A stretch of DNA of 64,000 nucleotides from an uncultured virus (IMG/VR IMGVR_UViG_3300021256_000009) (taxonomy: Duplodnaviria > Heunggongvirae > Uroviricota > Caudoviricetes). The notes under the pieces were generated by a model that had not been told where the DNA came from, ran no database searches, and worked only from the letters and a program-made list of their open reading frames with translations. This document shows, in pieces, positions 27,397 to 36,336 of this stretch (position 1 is the stretch's first letter; each line of letters opens with the position of its first letter). The translations under genes were made by a program, and so were the position numbers. The DNA lies in the IMG/VR virus record IMGVR_UViG_3300021256_000009; one strand, given 5' to 3'.

Positions 27397-27624
27397 TTAT
27401 CCCTCCAGCATTTTGATGATTCCTTCGAATTCCTTGATACGCTCCCTGTACTTTTCCGGAGTGTCGTAGAGTTTCCAACCCTTGACGGCCTGCAGGCACT
27501 CAAGAGCGTGAAGCGCCCCCTGCCTCGTGCAGCCGAGAGCACCAGCTGCCTCGTAGGCGCTCGCAAACTCCCTGCGCTCGCCAGTAATCTCGCTGATAGC
27601 GATGACCTTTCTAAGATTTCTCAT
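27397..27624 (-). CDS. NUMOD1-like small DNA-binding protein
   Basis: TGERREFAS..EAA..LG. Confidence 0.6.
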   Translation of the reverse strand: MRNLRKVIAISEITGERREFASAYEAAGALGCTRQGALHALECLQAVKGWKLYDTPEKYRERIKEFEGIIKMLEG

Positions 27625-27764
27625 TTCTTTTTGATTATTTGGTTAATGTATTGTACCCACTGACCGGCGGTGTCAAACTTGACCCACTCGCCGTTGATTT
27701 CGGATTTCCAGCCACGCCCCCATTCGTAGAGGGCGTAGCCTTCGTATGTCAGCACTGCGCTCAT
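27621..27764 (-). CDS. Small hypothetical protein
   Basis: ATGA overlaps on both sides; 47 aa. Confidence 0.55.
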   Translation of the reverse strand: MSAVLTYEGYALYEWGRGWKSEINGEWVKFDTAGQWVQYINQIIKKK

Positions 27765-28048
27765 CGCTCGATGACCTCCTGCACCGCGTCAATCTGCTCC
27801 TGGACGCTATCAGACAGTGTCTCGAGCTCGTACGAGACACTCTCGAGGCCGTCGATGTTCTCCTGCATCTCCTCTCCACGCTCTCCGTCACGGATTCCGT
27901 CACGGATTCCGTCAGGGAGCGCGTCCATAGCATCTTCTTCATCGTCATGCACTCCGTCGATGATTTCCTTCGCGTAATCGAGTTTCTCCTGTGCATCATT
28001 CAGCACAGACACGGCCTCCGCCAGTTGCTTTCGTCTTTCCTTGTTCAT
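27761..28048 (-). CDS. Acidic helical protein
   Basis: MNKERRKQL...DDEEDA.DALP...ERGEEM. Confidence 0.75.
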   Translation of the reverse strand: MNKERRKQLAEAVSVLNDAQEKLDYAKEIIDGVHDDEEDAMDALPDGIRDGIRDGERGEEMQENIDGLESVSYELETLSDSVQEQIDAVQEVIER

Positions 28049-28072
28049 GTCTTAAAAGTTTAGTAAATTTAC

Positions 28073-28088
28073 TGCAAGTTCTATGCCG
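28073..28088 (-). promoter_or_regulatory. Sigma54-type -24/-12 promoter motif
   Basis: CGGCATA-GAAC-TTGCA on - strand, 25 nt upstream of ATG 28048. Confidence 0.6.
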
Positions 28089-28145
28089 GACTATTCGAAG
28101 CTGACTCCTTGAGCCGGGCGATGAATTTCTCTCGTGCTGTCATTG

Positions 28146-28421
28146 CTAAACGTATTTGTATTTGTACTGCATCAAATTCCACTTGAACTCGACCGGTCCC
28201 TGGATGTTGGACCGAATGGCATCCTGCAGAACCTTGATGGCGCTGTCCTTGCTGGCTCTCTCGCCGATCAGTTTCAGGCTCTTCCCGTTCCCGTCGTAAT
28301 AAATTACATACCTGCCGTCCTTGCGATCGATTTCACCGATGTGCTTCCGTCCGCCCTTCGTCTCAAACATGGTGTACCTTCCGTAAGGGGTGGTGTATTT
28401 CGTCATGATTACTGTTTCCAT
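28146..28421 (-). CDS. Hypothetical protein
   Basis: Packed array. Confidence 0.7.
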   Translation of the reverse strand: METVIMTKYTTPYGRYTMFETKGGRKHIGEIDRKDGRYVIYYDGNGKSLKLIGERASKDSAIKVLQDAIRSNIQGPVEFKWNLMQYKYKYV

Positions 28422-28428
28422 GGTGTTG

Positions 28429-28602
28429 TTATTTGCATTTACCAGATTTTACGATGCGTCCATGCACATACACACGGTATGTGCTCATTCCGCTACTTTT
28501 AGCGAATCGTACAGCGCTTGCGATACTGATGAATCGTTGCTGGACACTTGGACATTCCCTTCCGCTCTTAAAAAGAGCAAGCATACACTCCTTTGGTTCC
28601 AT
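28429..28602 (-). CDS. Small hypothetical protein
   Basis: Packed array. Confidence 0.55.
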   Translation of the reverse strand: MEPKECMLALFKSGRECPSVQQRFISIASAVRFAKSSGMSTYRVYVHGRIVKSGKCK

Positions 28603-28603
28603 A

Positions 28604-29332
28604 TTAGTGTGCTTCAAATAAGATTGTGTCACCTTTCTTCGCGTTCCAGCACCCGCACCCGACAATCGCGCATTCGCTGCAGTTTCCAGGACACAGGAAC
28701 TGCTTCTCGGTGCAGTGCGGTCCCTTCGTCCCGTCCTTCCAGAGCGGACTGCTCACGGGCATGTTGTGCGGGTTGTCCATGTCCTGGCCACGCCAATCGG
28801 AGAAGATCACATGGAGGTTCTCGGGAAGCTCGCCTACATTATCCAGCCACTCATTGACCACGTCGAACATCTTCGTGAACAAGAGGAACTGACAACCAGG
28901 AGTCCTCACTGCGATACCGACAACCCGTCCGAAGAAGTCGAAGTCCTTGATGTCTCCGCCGATGAACCAGCGAAACCAACGGTGGAACTGGACATGCAGT
29001 TCAACCTCCCTGAAGAAGCGTTCGCGGTCCTGCTTGAGAATCGCGCTGTTGACCGCCCGCTGCATCTGGCTACCCTTGTAACAACAGACATTGCGGATGT
29101 CGTAGCATCCGTTCTTGCACGCCTTGCAGTTTCCGCAATCGTGGATGGGGATCAGCGACACGCTCGGAACCATCGCGGTCGTTTTTCGGTTGCCGTAGCT
29201 AATCCGGATGTGCTCGTTTGCCACATCCACCTTGCCGGCCATCCCCACCATCTTCTTCACTCTACCGATGATGGTCTCGTCCTTGAATTCGGCATACTGG
29301 TGCTTGCCAGTGAGTTTTGCGTGTGATGACAT
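28604..29332 (-). CDS. GP88-like Cys-rich protein (radical-SAM-like)
   Basis: GNRK, DCGNCKACKNGCY, FRWFIGGD, FLLFTK, PENLHVIFS, CPGNCSEC. Confidence 0.7.
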   Translation of the reverse strand: MSSHAKLTGKHQYAEFKDETIIGRVKKMVGMAGKVDVANEHIRISYGNRKTTAMVPSVSLIPIHDCGNCKACKNGCYDIRNVCCYKGSQMQRAVNSAILKQDRERFFREVELHVQFHRWFRWFIGGDIKDFDFFGRVVGIAVRTPGCQFLLFTKMFDVVNEWLDNVGELPENLHVIFSDWRGQDMDNPHNMPVSSPLWKDGTKGPHCTEKQFLCPGNCSECAIVGCGCWNAKKGDTILFEAH

Positions 29333-29336
29333 AATG

Positions 29337-29621
29337 TTAAAAGATTGAGTCGAATGTTGGTTTATTGATTTCGTAGCCTGTTGCAATAATGCGCGTTTCG
29401 TCCCAGGCATCGTCTACATGAAGTTCTGCATATCCGTTGTGATGGTTCTCACCCGAATACTGCTCTCCCCACTGTTCGATGTACTCCTCTTCCGTTTCGT
29501 AGAAGTCTTCGTTTACCCTCTCGATTGCGTCTGCCTCATTGTCGTATACTCCGAGAATGATTGTGCTGTCGTTGTCTTCCGTGTGGCGTTCTCTTACGAC
29601 CACCCATACTTTATTTGCCAT
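29337..29621 (-). CDS. Hypothetical protein
   Basis: KVWVV...ILGVY.NE.DA. Confidence 0.7.
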   Translation of the reverse strand: MANKVWVVVRERHTEDNDSTIILGVYDNEADAIERVNEDFYETEEEYIEQWGEQYSGENHHNGYAELHVDDAWDETRIIATGYEINKPTFDSIF

Positions 29622-29623
29622 AG

Positions 29624-29860
29624 TTACTTTAGAATGGTTCTTGATGATACGAAATAATACCAAAGAGGAGTGCCGTCCGGCAACCCTACGATAAGGTCAC
29701 ACTTGTTGTCCTTGATTATCTTCCCCTTCTCTTTCCAATACTCGGACAATGAGTCCATCTTCTCAGCCGCTCCGTCAAAAGTAGCGTGGGGCGACTCGAG
29801 TACAATGCCGCCCCTTTGCAGATCCTGCCGGAAAAGCAGGTAAATCATGTTGCCTTCCAT
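29624..29860 (-). CDS. Hypothetical protein
   Basis: Packed array. Confidence 0.65.
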   Translation of the reverse strand: MEGNMIYLLFRQDLQRGGIVLESPHATFDGAAEKMDSLSEYWKEKGKIIKDNKCDLIVGLPDGTPLWYYFVSSRTILK

Positions 29861-29862
29861 TT

Positions 29863-30150
29863 CTATTCCTCCCATGATTCTATCTCCGTTTCCTCCTCAA
29901 TAGGAAGCGGCTTGTTAGTTACGAATGTTCCGAAGAAGTTGACTATCGGATAAAACACTGGGCATACCGAGGCCGGTACGCTCATGTCGTCATCTGGATG
30001 GCGCATTCCGTATGTGTGCAGGCCCTTCCGATACACCTCGGTTATCCTGCAGTCCTCATAGAGGACGCCCTTGTACTTCTTCCCGTTGATTGTTATCGCA
30101 TAGTCGCGACCATAACGCAGGCGCTCTGCGTTGAATAGGCTGATTGTCAT
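29863..30150 (-). CDS. LPD28-like protein
   Basis: YGMRH.DDD...P...VNFFGTFVT.KPL. Confidence 0.65.
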   Translation of the reverse strand: MTISLFNAERLRYGRDYAITINGKKYKGVLYEDCRITEVYRKGLHTYGMRHPDDDMSVPASVCPVFYPIVNFFGTFVTNKPLPIEEETEIESWEE

Positions 30151-30152
30151 GG

Positions 30153-30488
30153 CTAGTCCTCCACTTCTTTAAGTTCGTCAATTTCTTCATCGTGCTCTTG
30201 TAAGAAGTCCAATACCCCGGCGAGAATCTCTATTCCGATGTTGTCTTGCCTCCATGTGAAGTTGGCATAAGAACTGCTCCCGTCAAGATAGAGAATGCCG
30301 TTGTGAAGATAAACCTTATCAAGAGTATAAGTATTGTTCTCGTCATACTCATCCTCTTGCAGTATAGGCGAACACCCTTCGTCTATGTCGCAGATGCGAA
30401 TCTCGTCATTGCGAGTGGATAAGATAATTGCCTTAATCTCGGATGCGATTTTGTCTCGCAGTTCTGTCAATTCTTTAACGCATTTCAT
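30153..30488 (-). CDS. Hypothetical protein
   Basis: Packed array. Confidence 0.7.
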   Translation of the reverse strand: MKCVKELTELRDKIASEIKAIILSTRNDEIRICDIDEGCSPILQEDEYDENNTYTLDKVYLHNGILYLDGSSSYANFTWRQDNIGIEILAGVLDFLQEHDEEIDELKEVED

Positions 30489-30508
30489 TATTCTACCTCC
30501 TTTTTATC

Positions 30509-30784
30509 TTACCAAATTGCTAATCGTGCATAACCGTTACTCTTGTCAGAATCGTCGATAATTGTCCGGATAACCTTGCCCCAGGTCTCATCGTCCTTCA
30601 GTTTTTCAAGCGTAGAAAAGTCGATTTCGACATCTTCTTCATTCTCGCTGATCCAGATTCCGTCCATATCCTCGCTCTGTTCGCGAAGGAAGTTCAGAAA
30701 CTTTTCAATGTCGCTCCAGCCTTGTACCGGAGAGCACCCGTACTCTACCTTGTAGGTCCGGGTCGTGTGTAAATTCATACTCAT
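30509..30784 (-). CDS. Hypothetical protein
   Basis: Packed array. Confidence 0.7.
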   Translation of the reverse strand: MSMNLHTTRTYKVEYGCSPVQGWSDIEKFLNFLREQSEDMDGIWISENEEDVEIDFSTLEKLKDDETWGKVIRTIIDDSDKSNGYARLAIW

Positions 30785-30786
30785 AA

Positions 30787-31395
30787 TTAGTCAATGTCTA
30801 TCCCGATAAACTTCTCGCGGTTGATAAGCATGTAGTAGTATCCGTTACCGCAGTTCAGATACTCCATGTTGAGGCCGGCGCAGATGTCGCCGTTTACATT
30901 GTTTACCCAGACGCTCATGTCGTAGCCACGCCAGCGCTGACGGTGACTCTGGAACTCGCGACCCTCCTCGAACGCCTCCCAGAACGCTTTCATCGTGTAC
31001 GGGAACTCTTCCTCCAGGGCCTTCACCGTAATGCATTTCCCGTCGATGCTCGTCCCGGTGGTCAGCCCGTTCTGATACGGCCCCTTCTCTGGATCCGCAG
31101 TCAGACACTTGCCGATGAAGCTGTTCGCAAAATCAGCCTTCTTCGCTTCCTTGATGAACTTCAATGTCGGGTTCTTCTGCTCGGTCGGAGCAAACACCTG
31201 CATCACCCAGTTCCACTGCAGGTTATATCCTCGCGTCCGGCTACGAGGACTGAGAACCATAACAGCGCTGTTCCCGTTGCAGATGGTCGCGTTCCTCGTC
31301 CCATAAAACGGGTCGTGAATCAGCGCCCGCAGTTTGCCGTAAGTGTGTTCAAGCAGGTACGCCTGCGCCTGCTCAATCGTCATTGTCTGTGCCAT
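30787..31395 (-). CDS. Hypothetical protein
   Basis: C-terminal EY..CGNGYYY.LIN...FIG.D.D motif. Confidence 0.75.
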   Translation of the reverse strand: MAQTMTIEQAQAYLLEHTYGKLRALIHDPFYGTRNATICNGNSAVMVLSPRSRTRGYNLQWNWVMQVFAPTEQKNPTLKFIKEAKKADFANSFIGKCLTADPEKGPYQNGLTTGTSIDGKCITVKALEEEFPYTMKAFWEAFEEGREFQSHRQRWRGYDMSVWVNNVNGDICAGLNMEYLNCGNGYYYMLINREKFIGIDID

Positions 31396-31397
31396 AA

Positions 31398-31643
31398 TTA
31401 TTCCTCCCAAATAATTCCTTCGTCGCCTTCGATCATATCCTCGTAGTCCCAATCGGAACCATCGACATCGTTGTCATAACACCAATCGTCGATCGCAACG
31501 CAAATCTCGTCGAACAAAATCCCGTCAGCCATCCGCAACGGCTCGCGCATCCGGTCCATCCGCTTGAGCGCCAACTGCAGGCGCTCCTCGTAGTCCTCAA
31601 CATTGTTCCGCACATAGGCGGCGATCTCTTTCTTGTTGTTCAT
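31398..31643 (-). CDS. Acidic hypothetical protein
   Basis: Packed array. Confidence 0.7.
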   Translation of the reverse strand: MNNKKEIAAYVRNNVEDYEERLQLALKRMDRMREPLRMADGILFDEICVAIDDWCYDNDVDGSDWDYEDMIEGDEGIIWEE

Positions 31644-31765
31644 TCCGCAATCTTTTTAATCAGTTCGACTTCTTCGTCGGTGGCCGAATCAAACCATCCG
31701 GAATACTGGAGGTCCTGCGCAATCCCACGCAGAACCTCCCAATCACTTTCGGTTAACTCTTTCAT
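31640..31765 (-). CDS. Small hypothetical protein
   Basis: ATGA overlap; 41 aa. Confidence 0.5.
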   Translation of the reverse strand: MKELTESDWEVLRGIAQDLQYSGWFDSATDEEVELIKKIAE

Positions 31766-31766
31766 C

Positions 31767-32018
31767 CTACAGACTCTTGATGATTAAGTCGTGAATCTTC
31801 TCGCCATACACCGGCTGCATATATTCAATGTTCAGCAGGAAACTCTTCTGTAAGTCGCCTTTCATCCGATTGAACAACTCAATACATTGGTCAGTGTGGC
31901 CGTTAACATACGAGTCAACAATGTATCCGTAGTATTCTCTCGGACAGTCAAAGTCATACTCCTTAACCAGCTTGTCAATATCTTTCCCTCGCTGGCCGTG
32001 GTTAATCTTCGCTCTCAT
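31767..32018 (-). CDS. Hypothetical protein
   Basis: Packed array. Confidence 0.7.
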   Translation of the reverse strand: MRAKINHGQRGKDIDKLVKEYDFDCPREYYGYIVDSYVNGHTDQCIELFNRMKGDLQKSFLLNIEYMQPVYGEKIHDLIIKSL

Positions 32019-32020
32019 GA

Positions 32021-32266
32021 TTACTTGTAAATCGTAAAGTTGCTACTCGGCCTGACTGTCTTCGTGTACCGGCTCGCAGACCAACTCGGAATCCGGTATC
32101 CCCAATTCACATTCTTGTAGCTCGAGTCTCCCTCGAACACTCGCAGCATCCGGTTCGCCTCATCCCAGTTCGGGCACTCGGCCACCTGCTTGTGAATCTT
32201 ACCTTCGGCGCAACCCCATCCGCTCAGGAACTTGTCGGTCGCCCATACATAAATCGTCTTTTCCAT
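32021..32266 (-). CDS. Hypothetical protein
   Basis: YVWATDKFLSGWG.AEGKIHK. Confidence 0.7.
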   Translation of the reverse strand: MEKTIYVWATDKFLSGWGCAEGKIHKQVAECPNWDEANRMLRVFEGDSSYKNVNWGYRIPSWSASRYTKTVRPSSNFTIYK

Positions 32267-32267
32267 G

Positions 32268-32414
32268 TTATTCTCCTTTTACTTGGTTATACAATTCCTC
32301 CGGAACGAAGGCAATCATGTCGTCGCACATGTAAATTCCGTACTCGTGGTCATAGTGCGCCAATTCATACCACTTCTGACTCTCCGGCCAGTCTACTCTT
32401 ACATACTTTTCCAT
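32268..32414 (-). CDS. Small hypothetical protein
   Basis: YV.V.WPESQ motif. Confidence 0.6.
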   Translation of the reverse strand: MEKYVRVDWPESQKWYELAHYDHEYGIYMCDDMIAFVPEELYNQVKGE

Positions 32415-32428
32415 AACTATTCCTCTTA

Positions 32429-32740
32429 TTAGTCCATGTAATCCGCCCACACCTTCTGACCGTCCCACTTGCTGACATATCTGTGGTCGTATCGTCCGCC
32501 GGTCTGAAAATAACCGTCCCAGTCCTTGCAAGGCTTCGCATAAACCTCCTTGTACTCGTCAAACCTCGGACGGTGAGGAAAAACAGGTTCCTCATATCCT
32601 TGCTGGCCCGTGCAGGTCTTCTCCAACTCGTACATCTTCACTCCCTTCGCGGTCACCTTTGTGACCATATAAAAACAAGGGATAACCATGCTGTATCCCC
32701 ATGTACCGGCGAGAATGTCGCCAACCTTGATGTCTTTCAT
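32429..32740 (-). CDS. Hypothetical protein
   Basis: IKVGDIL...WGYSM...FY.VTK. Confidence 0.7.
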   Translation of the reverse strand: MKDIKVGDILAGTWGYSMVIPCFYMVTKVTAKGVKMYELEKTCTGQQGYEEPVFPHRPRFDEYKEVYAKPCKDWDGYFQTGGRYDHRYVSKWDGQKVWADYMD

Positions 32741-32755
32741 TTCGCTTTTCGTTTA

Positions 32756-32869
32756 TTAGTTGCCGGAGCCGTCCGAGTCGCCCCGCTCACTCATGCCCCA
32801 TCTCAGAGCGTCAATGAAGAGCCAGGCCAACAAGCCCAGCCCTCCAAGAATCCATAACCAGTCGCCCAT
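32756..32869 (-). CDS. Small membrane peptide
   Basis: WLWILGGLGLLAWLFI TM segment. Confidence 0.5.
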   Translation of the reverse strand: MGDWLWILGGLGLLAWLFIDALRWGMSERGDSDGSGN

Positions 32870-33063
32870 CACTCGCCCTCCTTCATGTCTTGCTCGGCCA
32901 GTTCCTTCGCGGAAATCGCGTCCTCCGCCTCGTCCTCGCTCAACTCCACCTCGAAACCGTTCCGGGCCATACGGATCACCTCGACAGCGGTCACCGTGCT
33001 GCTCACCGCCGTCACCATCAGAGCAGCCAAAGCCGCTACCTGCATCTTCCTCGCCTTGTTCAT
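32869..33063 (-). CDS. Small protein with hydrophobic N-terminus
   Basis: Packed array. Confidence 0.55.
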   Translation of the reverse strand: MNKARKMQVAALAALMVTAVSSTVTAVEVIRMARNGFEVELSEDEAEDAISAKELAEQDMKEGE

Positions 33064-33583
33064 CGCACAGCCTCCTGAATGAATCCGAAAATCCCACGGC
33101 GAAGCAGACTCCGCAACACCTTACGAGCCGTCGCAACCGGATAACTCGTCGCACCACCAGCCATCATGTAAATCTTCTGGCCGTTCGTCATGTAGTAAAC
33201 CTGTACCATCGCTTAACCCTCCACTATCGCTACCGGTTCACCACACACATAACGCACATCCGACACCGTCGCTCCCTCGGTCTCGCAGTGCTTCAGAGCC
33301 CAGTTGATCGCGGTCACGACATCGCTCGCCACGATTTTCACATACTCGCTCTTCTCCTTCTTGATTTCCACAGTAAAGTACATCATCTCTCAATTTGTTC
33401 GGTCGCCCACTCACGCAGGCCCCCCGTCCCCGGCTCTAAAGGTAATTTCTATGGTTTTTCTTGTTCATCTTGCTCCGCTTGACCCGCTTGTTCATCCTGC
33501 GGTCAATCGTCCCGAGAAACTCGTCCTCGTCCCAGGTCGTCCGAGCAAGCCTATCGCTCGCCCAGTCGAATTGCGTGTACTCC

Positions 33584-33829
33584 TTACTCATAAGGCATAA
33601 TTTCCTCCTGGAAATATCGGTCGATGTCGTTGAAGTCGATACAGTCGTCCGATGCTACCACCTCACCCACATACATGATGCAGTCGTTCACCGGCAGTCC
33701 GTAGCGGTTCGACATGATTACAGCCGTTAGGCTCAGTTCCTCGTCAGGCGTGAGACGGCCCGACACATTCGGGCAGGTCGTTCCGGTCAGTGCGCAAAAC
33801 TCCCTTGCGCGGTCTTCAAATCTTTTCAT
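33584..33829 (-). CDS. Hypothetical protein
   Basis: Packed array. Confidence 0.65.
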   Translation of the reverse strand: MKRFEDRAREFCALTGTTCPNVSGRLTPDEELSLTAVIMSNRYGLPVNDCIMYVGEVVASDDCIDFNDIDRYFQEEIMPYE

Positions 33830-33833
33830 GGTT

Positions 33834-33917
33834 CACTCGATTTAACCACCGCCCCACCCGTTCGCGGGCAGGGCACGCACCGAGCCTGAGGCCTGTTTAT
33901 ACTCGCTCGGTCGAGTG
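33834..33917 (-). ncRNA. Candidate three-way-junction RNA element
   Basis: CACTCGA/TCGAGTG, CCGAGC/GCTCGG, and a 10-bp hairpin with G.U pairs on the - strand. Confidence 0.5.
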
Positions 33918-33928
33918 CTGGCTGGGGC

Positions 33929-34294
33929 TTACTTGCTCGCCTCGGCCTTGTTCTCCTTGCGGATCTTCTCGGCATTCGCCCGGCGGACATAGTCCACCAC
34001 TGCGCCCGGAGTCCAGGTCGCCTTCGGCACCATCTGGCCCTTCTTGTTCGTCATGATGACCCGGCCTTCGACCCACTTCGTCCCGGCAAGGTTCGCGATG
34101 ATATAGTCCGCGCTGAAGTCCTCGATGGTCAGGCCGTCGTTCTTGCAGGCTTCGATGACCTCGGACAGGTCGGTCGCCCGGTCGTTCCATACCTGTTTCA
34201 GGGAACGGATTGCGGAGTTCATCCCCTTGTGCTCCTCGTTGGCGATGGTGCGGAAATTCTTGGCGGTCTTGGCGGTGAAATTAGCTTTTTTCAT
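33929..34294 (-). CDS. First gene of the leftward array, hypothetical
   Basis: AT-rich leader; biased codon usage. Confidence 0.8.
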   Translation of the reverse strand: MKKANFTAKTAKNFRTIANEEHKGMNSAIRSLKQVWNDRATDLSEVIEACKNDGLTIEDFSADYIIANLAGTKWVEGRVIMTNKKGQMVPKATWTPGAVVDYVRRANAEKIRKENKAEASK

Positions 34295-34354
34295 TGTTTC
34301 AATCGTTCAGTATTGCGCCCCTGTTCCCGGTTTAAGTTAATAAATAGTGATTCG

Positions 34355-34438
34355 TTCGGCCTATTGGATTCGAACCAATATCCCGAAAAGCCGTTCATGT
34401 CCAATTGCTTTGCACCCACAAATCCAATTGTAGGCCGT
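34355..34438 (-). ncRNA. tRNA-like acceptor plus T-arm element
   Basis: ATTGG-TTCGAAT-CCAAT T-arm followed by AGGCCGA, which can pair with upstream CGGCTT or CGGCCT. Confidence 0.45.
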
Positions 34439-35142
34439 ACCGAATTTACGCGCTTTTGGACATCGTTTGCCGTTCGTTACCAGCCGGATATAATTCCGGC
34501 TATTGTTCTATTCGTGGATACTTCGCCAAATCCGTATTCGTTTGCGCTCAATTTGGCCGTGGCTTATTAAGATTTATACTTTTCGCCCCTTTTATCCGTA
34601 TATTTGATTTTTTTCTAATATCATTTCGGATACATTGGGAATTATCAAAAAACCCTATTTTGAAGATTTACAAAAGGAATTATTAAAGAATTTAATAAAT
34701 TCAGGTGCTCTCGATACAATTATAATTCGTGTGCTTTTGGCGGTTACTTACTTTATATTTTCTAACTTTTGGCCGTTACATAGGCCGATACCAAACGATA
34801 CGGAAAAAGCCCCTTTTGAGGTTTTTTCGGTAACTTTTACACAAAAACCGAAAAAGGATTACATTTATTGTATTTGTCCCGATTTACGAAAAATCCATAC
34901 ATTTACAAAACCCTCGTTTGCACTTTTTCGGATGTCCATATATCCCTATATGTATCTACCACGATTTACTAAAAATCCATGTAGGCAATTGGTGACCTTT
35001 GCACCCTTATAACCTTTACACTTCCAATATTTTCAATGAGCGTGCACCCCTTATCGGCCTATGCCTCAAATCCCGTGCAAATCGTCTAACAGTGTCCGCG
35101 TGCAACCCTTAACCCTCAAATCCTTTTCCCTTGTTGCTGTTG

Positions 35143-35150
35143 CAAAGTTA
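35143..35150 (-). promoter_or_regulatory. Bacteroidota -7 promoter element
   Basis: TAACTTTG on - strand, pointing at the leftward array. Confidence 0.45.
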
Positions 35151-35608
35151 CGGCAACTTTATGCAATTTACAGCCTAAATTGCGCAAAATTGCGCCACAA
35201 AACGCGCAAAGTTTATAACGCGCTGACTATTAAGCATTTAGCATATATACGCGTGTGCGTACCTTATAAAAGCAAAAAATCCCGCTTTATAAGTGTACGA
35301 AATACACTTTTCCCGGATCCCGTACCAGCCGGATTTTGTTGCACAAAAAATATTATGTTAAGTTTGGCGCGCGAGGTGTACTACCTTGCTAATACACTAA
35401 TACACCATTTTATAAGTGTATTTTTGACACTTGCAAATAGAAAACGACCGTTTTTTTCTTATAAGCGCTTAAAAATCAAAGCCCTATGGAGGGGGACAAC
35501 CCCTACCCACGGGACGAAACCAGGGTGAGATTCTGAAATTTTTTATTTTTTTTTTTCTGAGACGGCGCCCGTAGCACGGTTTTTGTTAAGCCGGTGCGCT
35601 CTTGGTTT

Positions 35609-35900
35609 ATGTAGCCAAATGTAGCGCGAAAATGAAATACTTACCTTCCTTCACAGCAACTACATTCTGTAACTTATTCTTTTATAATATATTGTAGTAT
35701 TATGTAGTTTTATGTAATTAGGTATTAATTAAATAACATTATAAAGTAAGTAGGGTATAAGGAGGAGTACAATACGAGGGTATTCCTGGAAAATCAACTA
35801 CATTTCCTACATACAACTACATAAATCATGTCCAACGGCTTGGTTTTCAGCGGGATGTAGTTATGTAGTTTCTTATGTAGTTTCTACATGAAAACTACAT
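35609..35900. repeat. Iteron-like ATGTAG(TT) array, candidate origin
   Basis: 12 exact ATGTAG/CTACAT hexamers (8 extend to ATGTAGTT/AACTACAT) in both orientations around an AT-rich core. Confidence 0.75.
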
Positions 35901-35937
35901 TTTTGCCGATTTTCTTGGATTTTAATCGGAAAGTGTC

Positions 35938-35945
35938 TATTTTTG
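35938..35945 (+). promoter_or_regulatory. Bacteroidota -7 promoter element
   Basis: TATTTTTG 24 nt before ATG 35970. Confidence 0.55.
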
Positions 35946-35969
35946 CCGACAAACTTGAATGGATAAAAA

Positions 35970-36281
35970 ATGAGCAAGCAGGTAATTGTCCGCCTTGATG
36001 GCGGTGGTGTCTATGAGAACCTGGAGGAGGCCGCACGGGATCTCGGCGGTACGGCAAGCAATGTGTCCAGGGCAATCAGTGAGTCCGGGAAGTATCACGG
36101 GGTGCCTTTGAGGTGGGCGTCCAGGGTGTACGCGGTCAAGGAGAAGGCTTCCGGGAGATGGCGGGTGTGCGTGATGAACGGGAGGAATACGGGTTATGTT
36201 CCGGTCAGCCAGGTGGAGCCGTCCGTCCGGCGGGAGAATGTGGATCAGGTGAAGGACCTGACTGCGGTATGGTATTTGTAA
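35970..36281 (+). CDS. NUMOD1-like HTH protein
   Basis: VYENLEEAARDLG...SNVSRAI. Confidence 0.65.
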   Translation: MSKQVIVRLDGGGVYENLEEAARDLGGTASNVSRAISESGKYHGVPLRWASRVYAVKEKASGRWRVCVMNGRNTGYVPVSQVEPSVRRENVDQVKDLTAVWYL

Positions 36282-36336
36282 GAGGGTGGTGATTTGTATG
36301 AGTAGTGGAATTTTCAGTGGCCGGCGCGAGGTGCGC

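Noticed and set aside
27885..27914. 12-bp tandem duplication encoding GIRD-GIRD
   Set aside because: Single in-frame duplication; likely slippage or an assembly artefact with no evident function.
34355..34790. tmRNA via long-range pairing of TCGGCCT (about 34788) with the acceptor 3' strand
   Set aside because: No G3.U70 alanine identity, no tmRNA D-loop motif and no tag reading frame seen.
34229..35528. Several + strand ORFs in the divergence region
   Set aside because: AT-rich, atypical composition, no operon packing; treated as non-coding.
35609..35900. CRISPR array
   Set aside because: Repeats are 6-8 nt, irregularly spaced and in both orientations; no cas genes.
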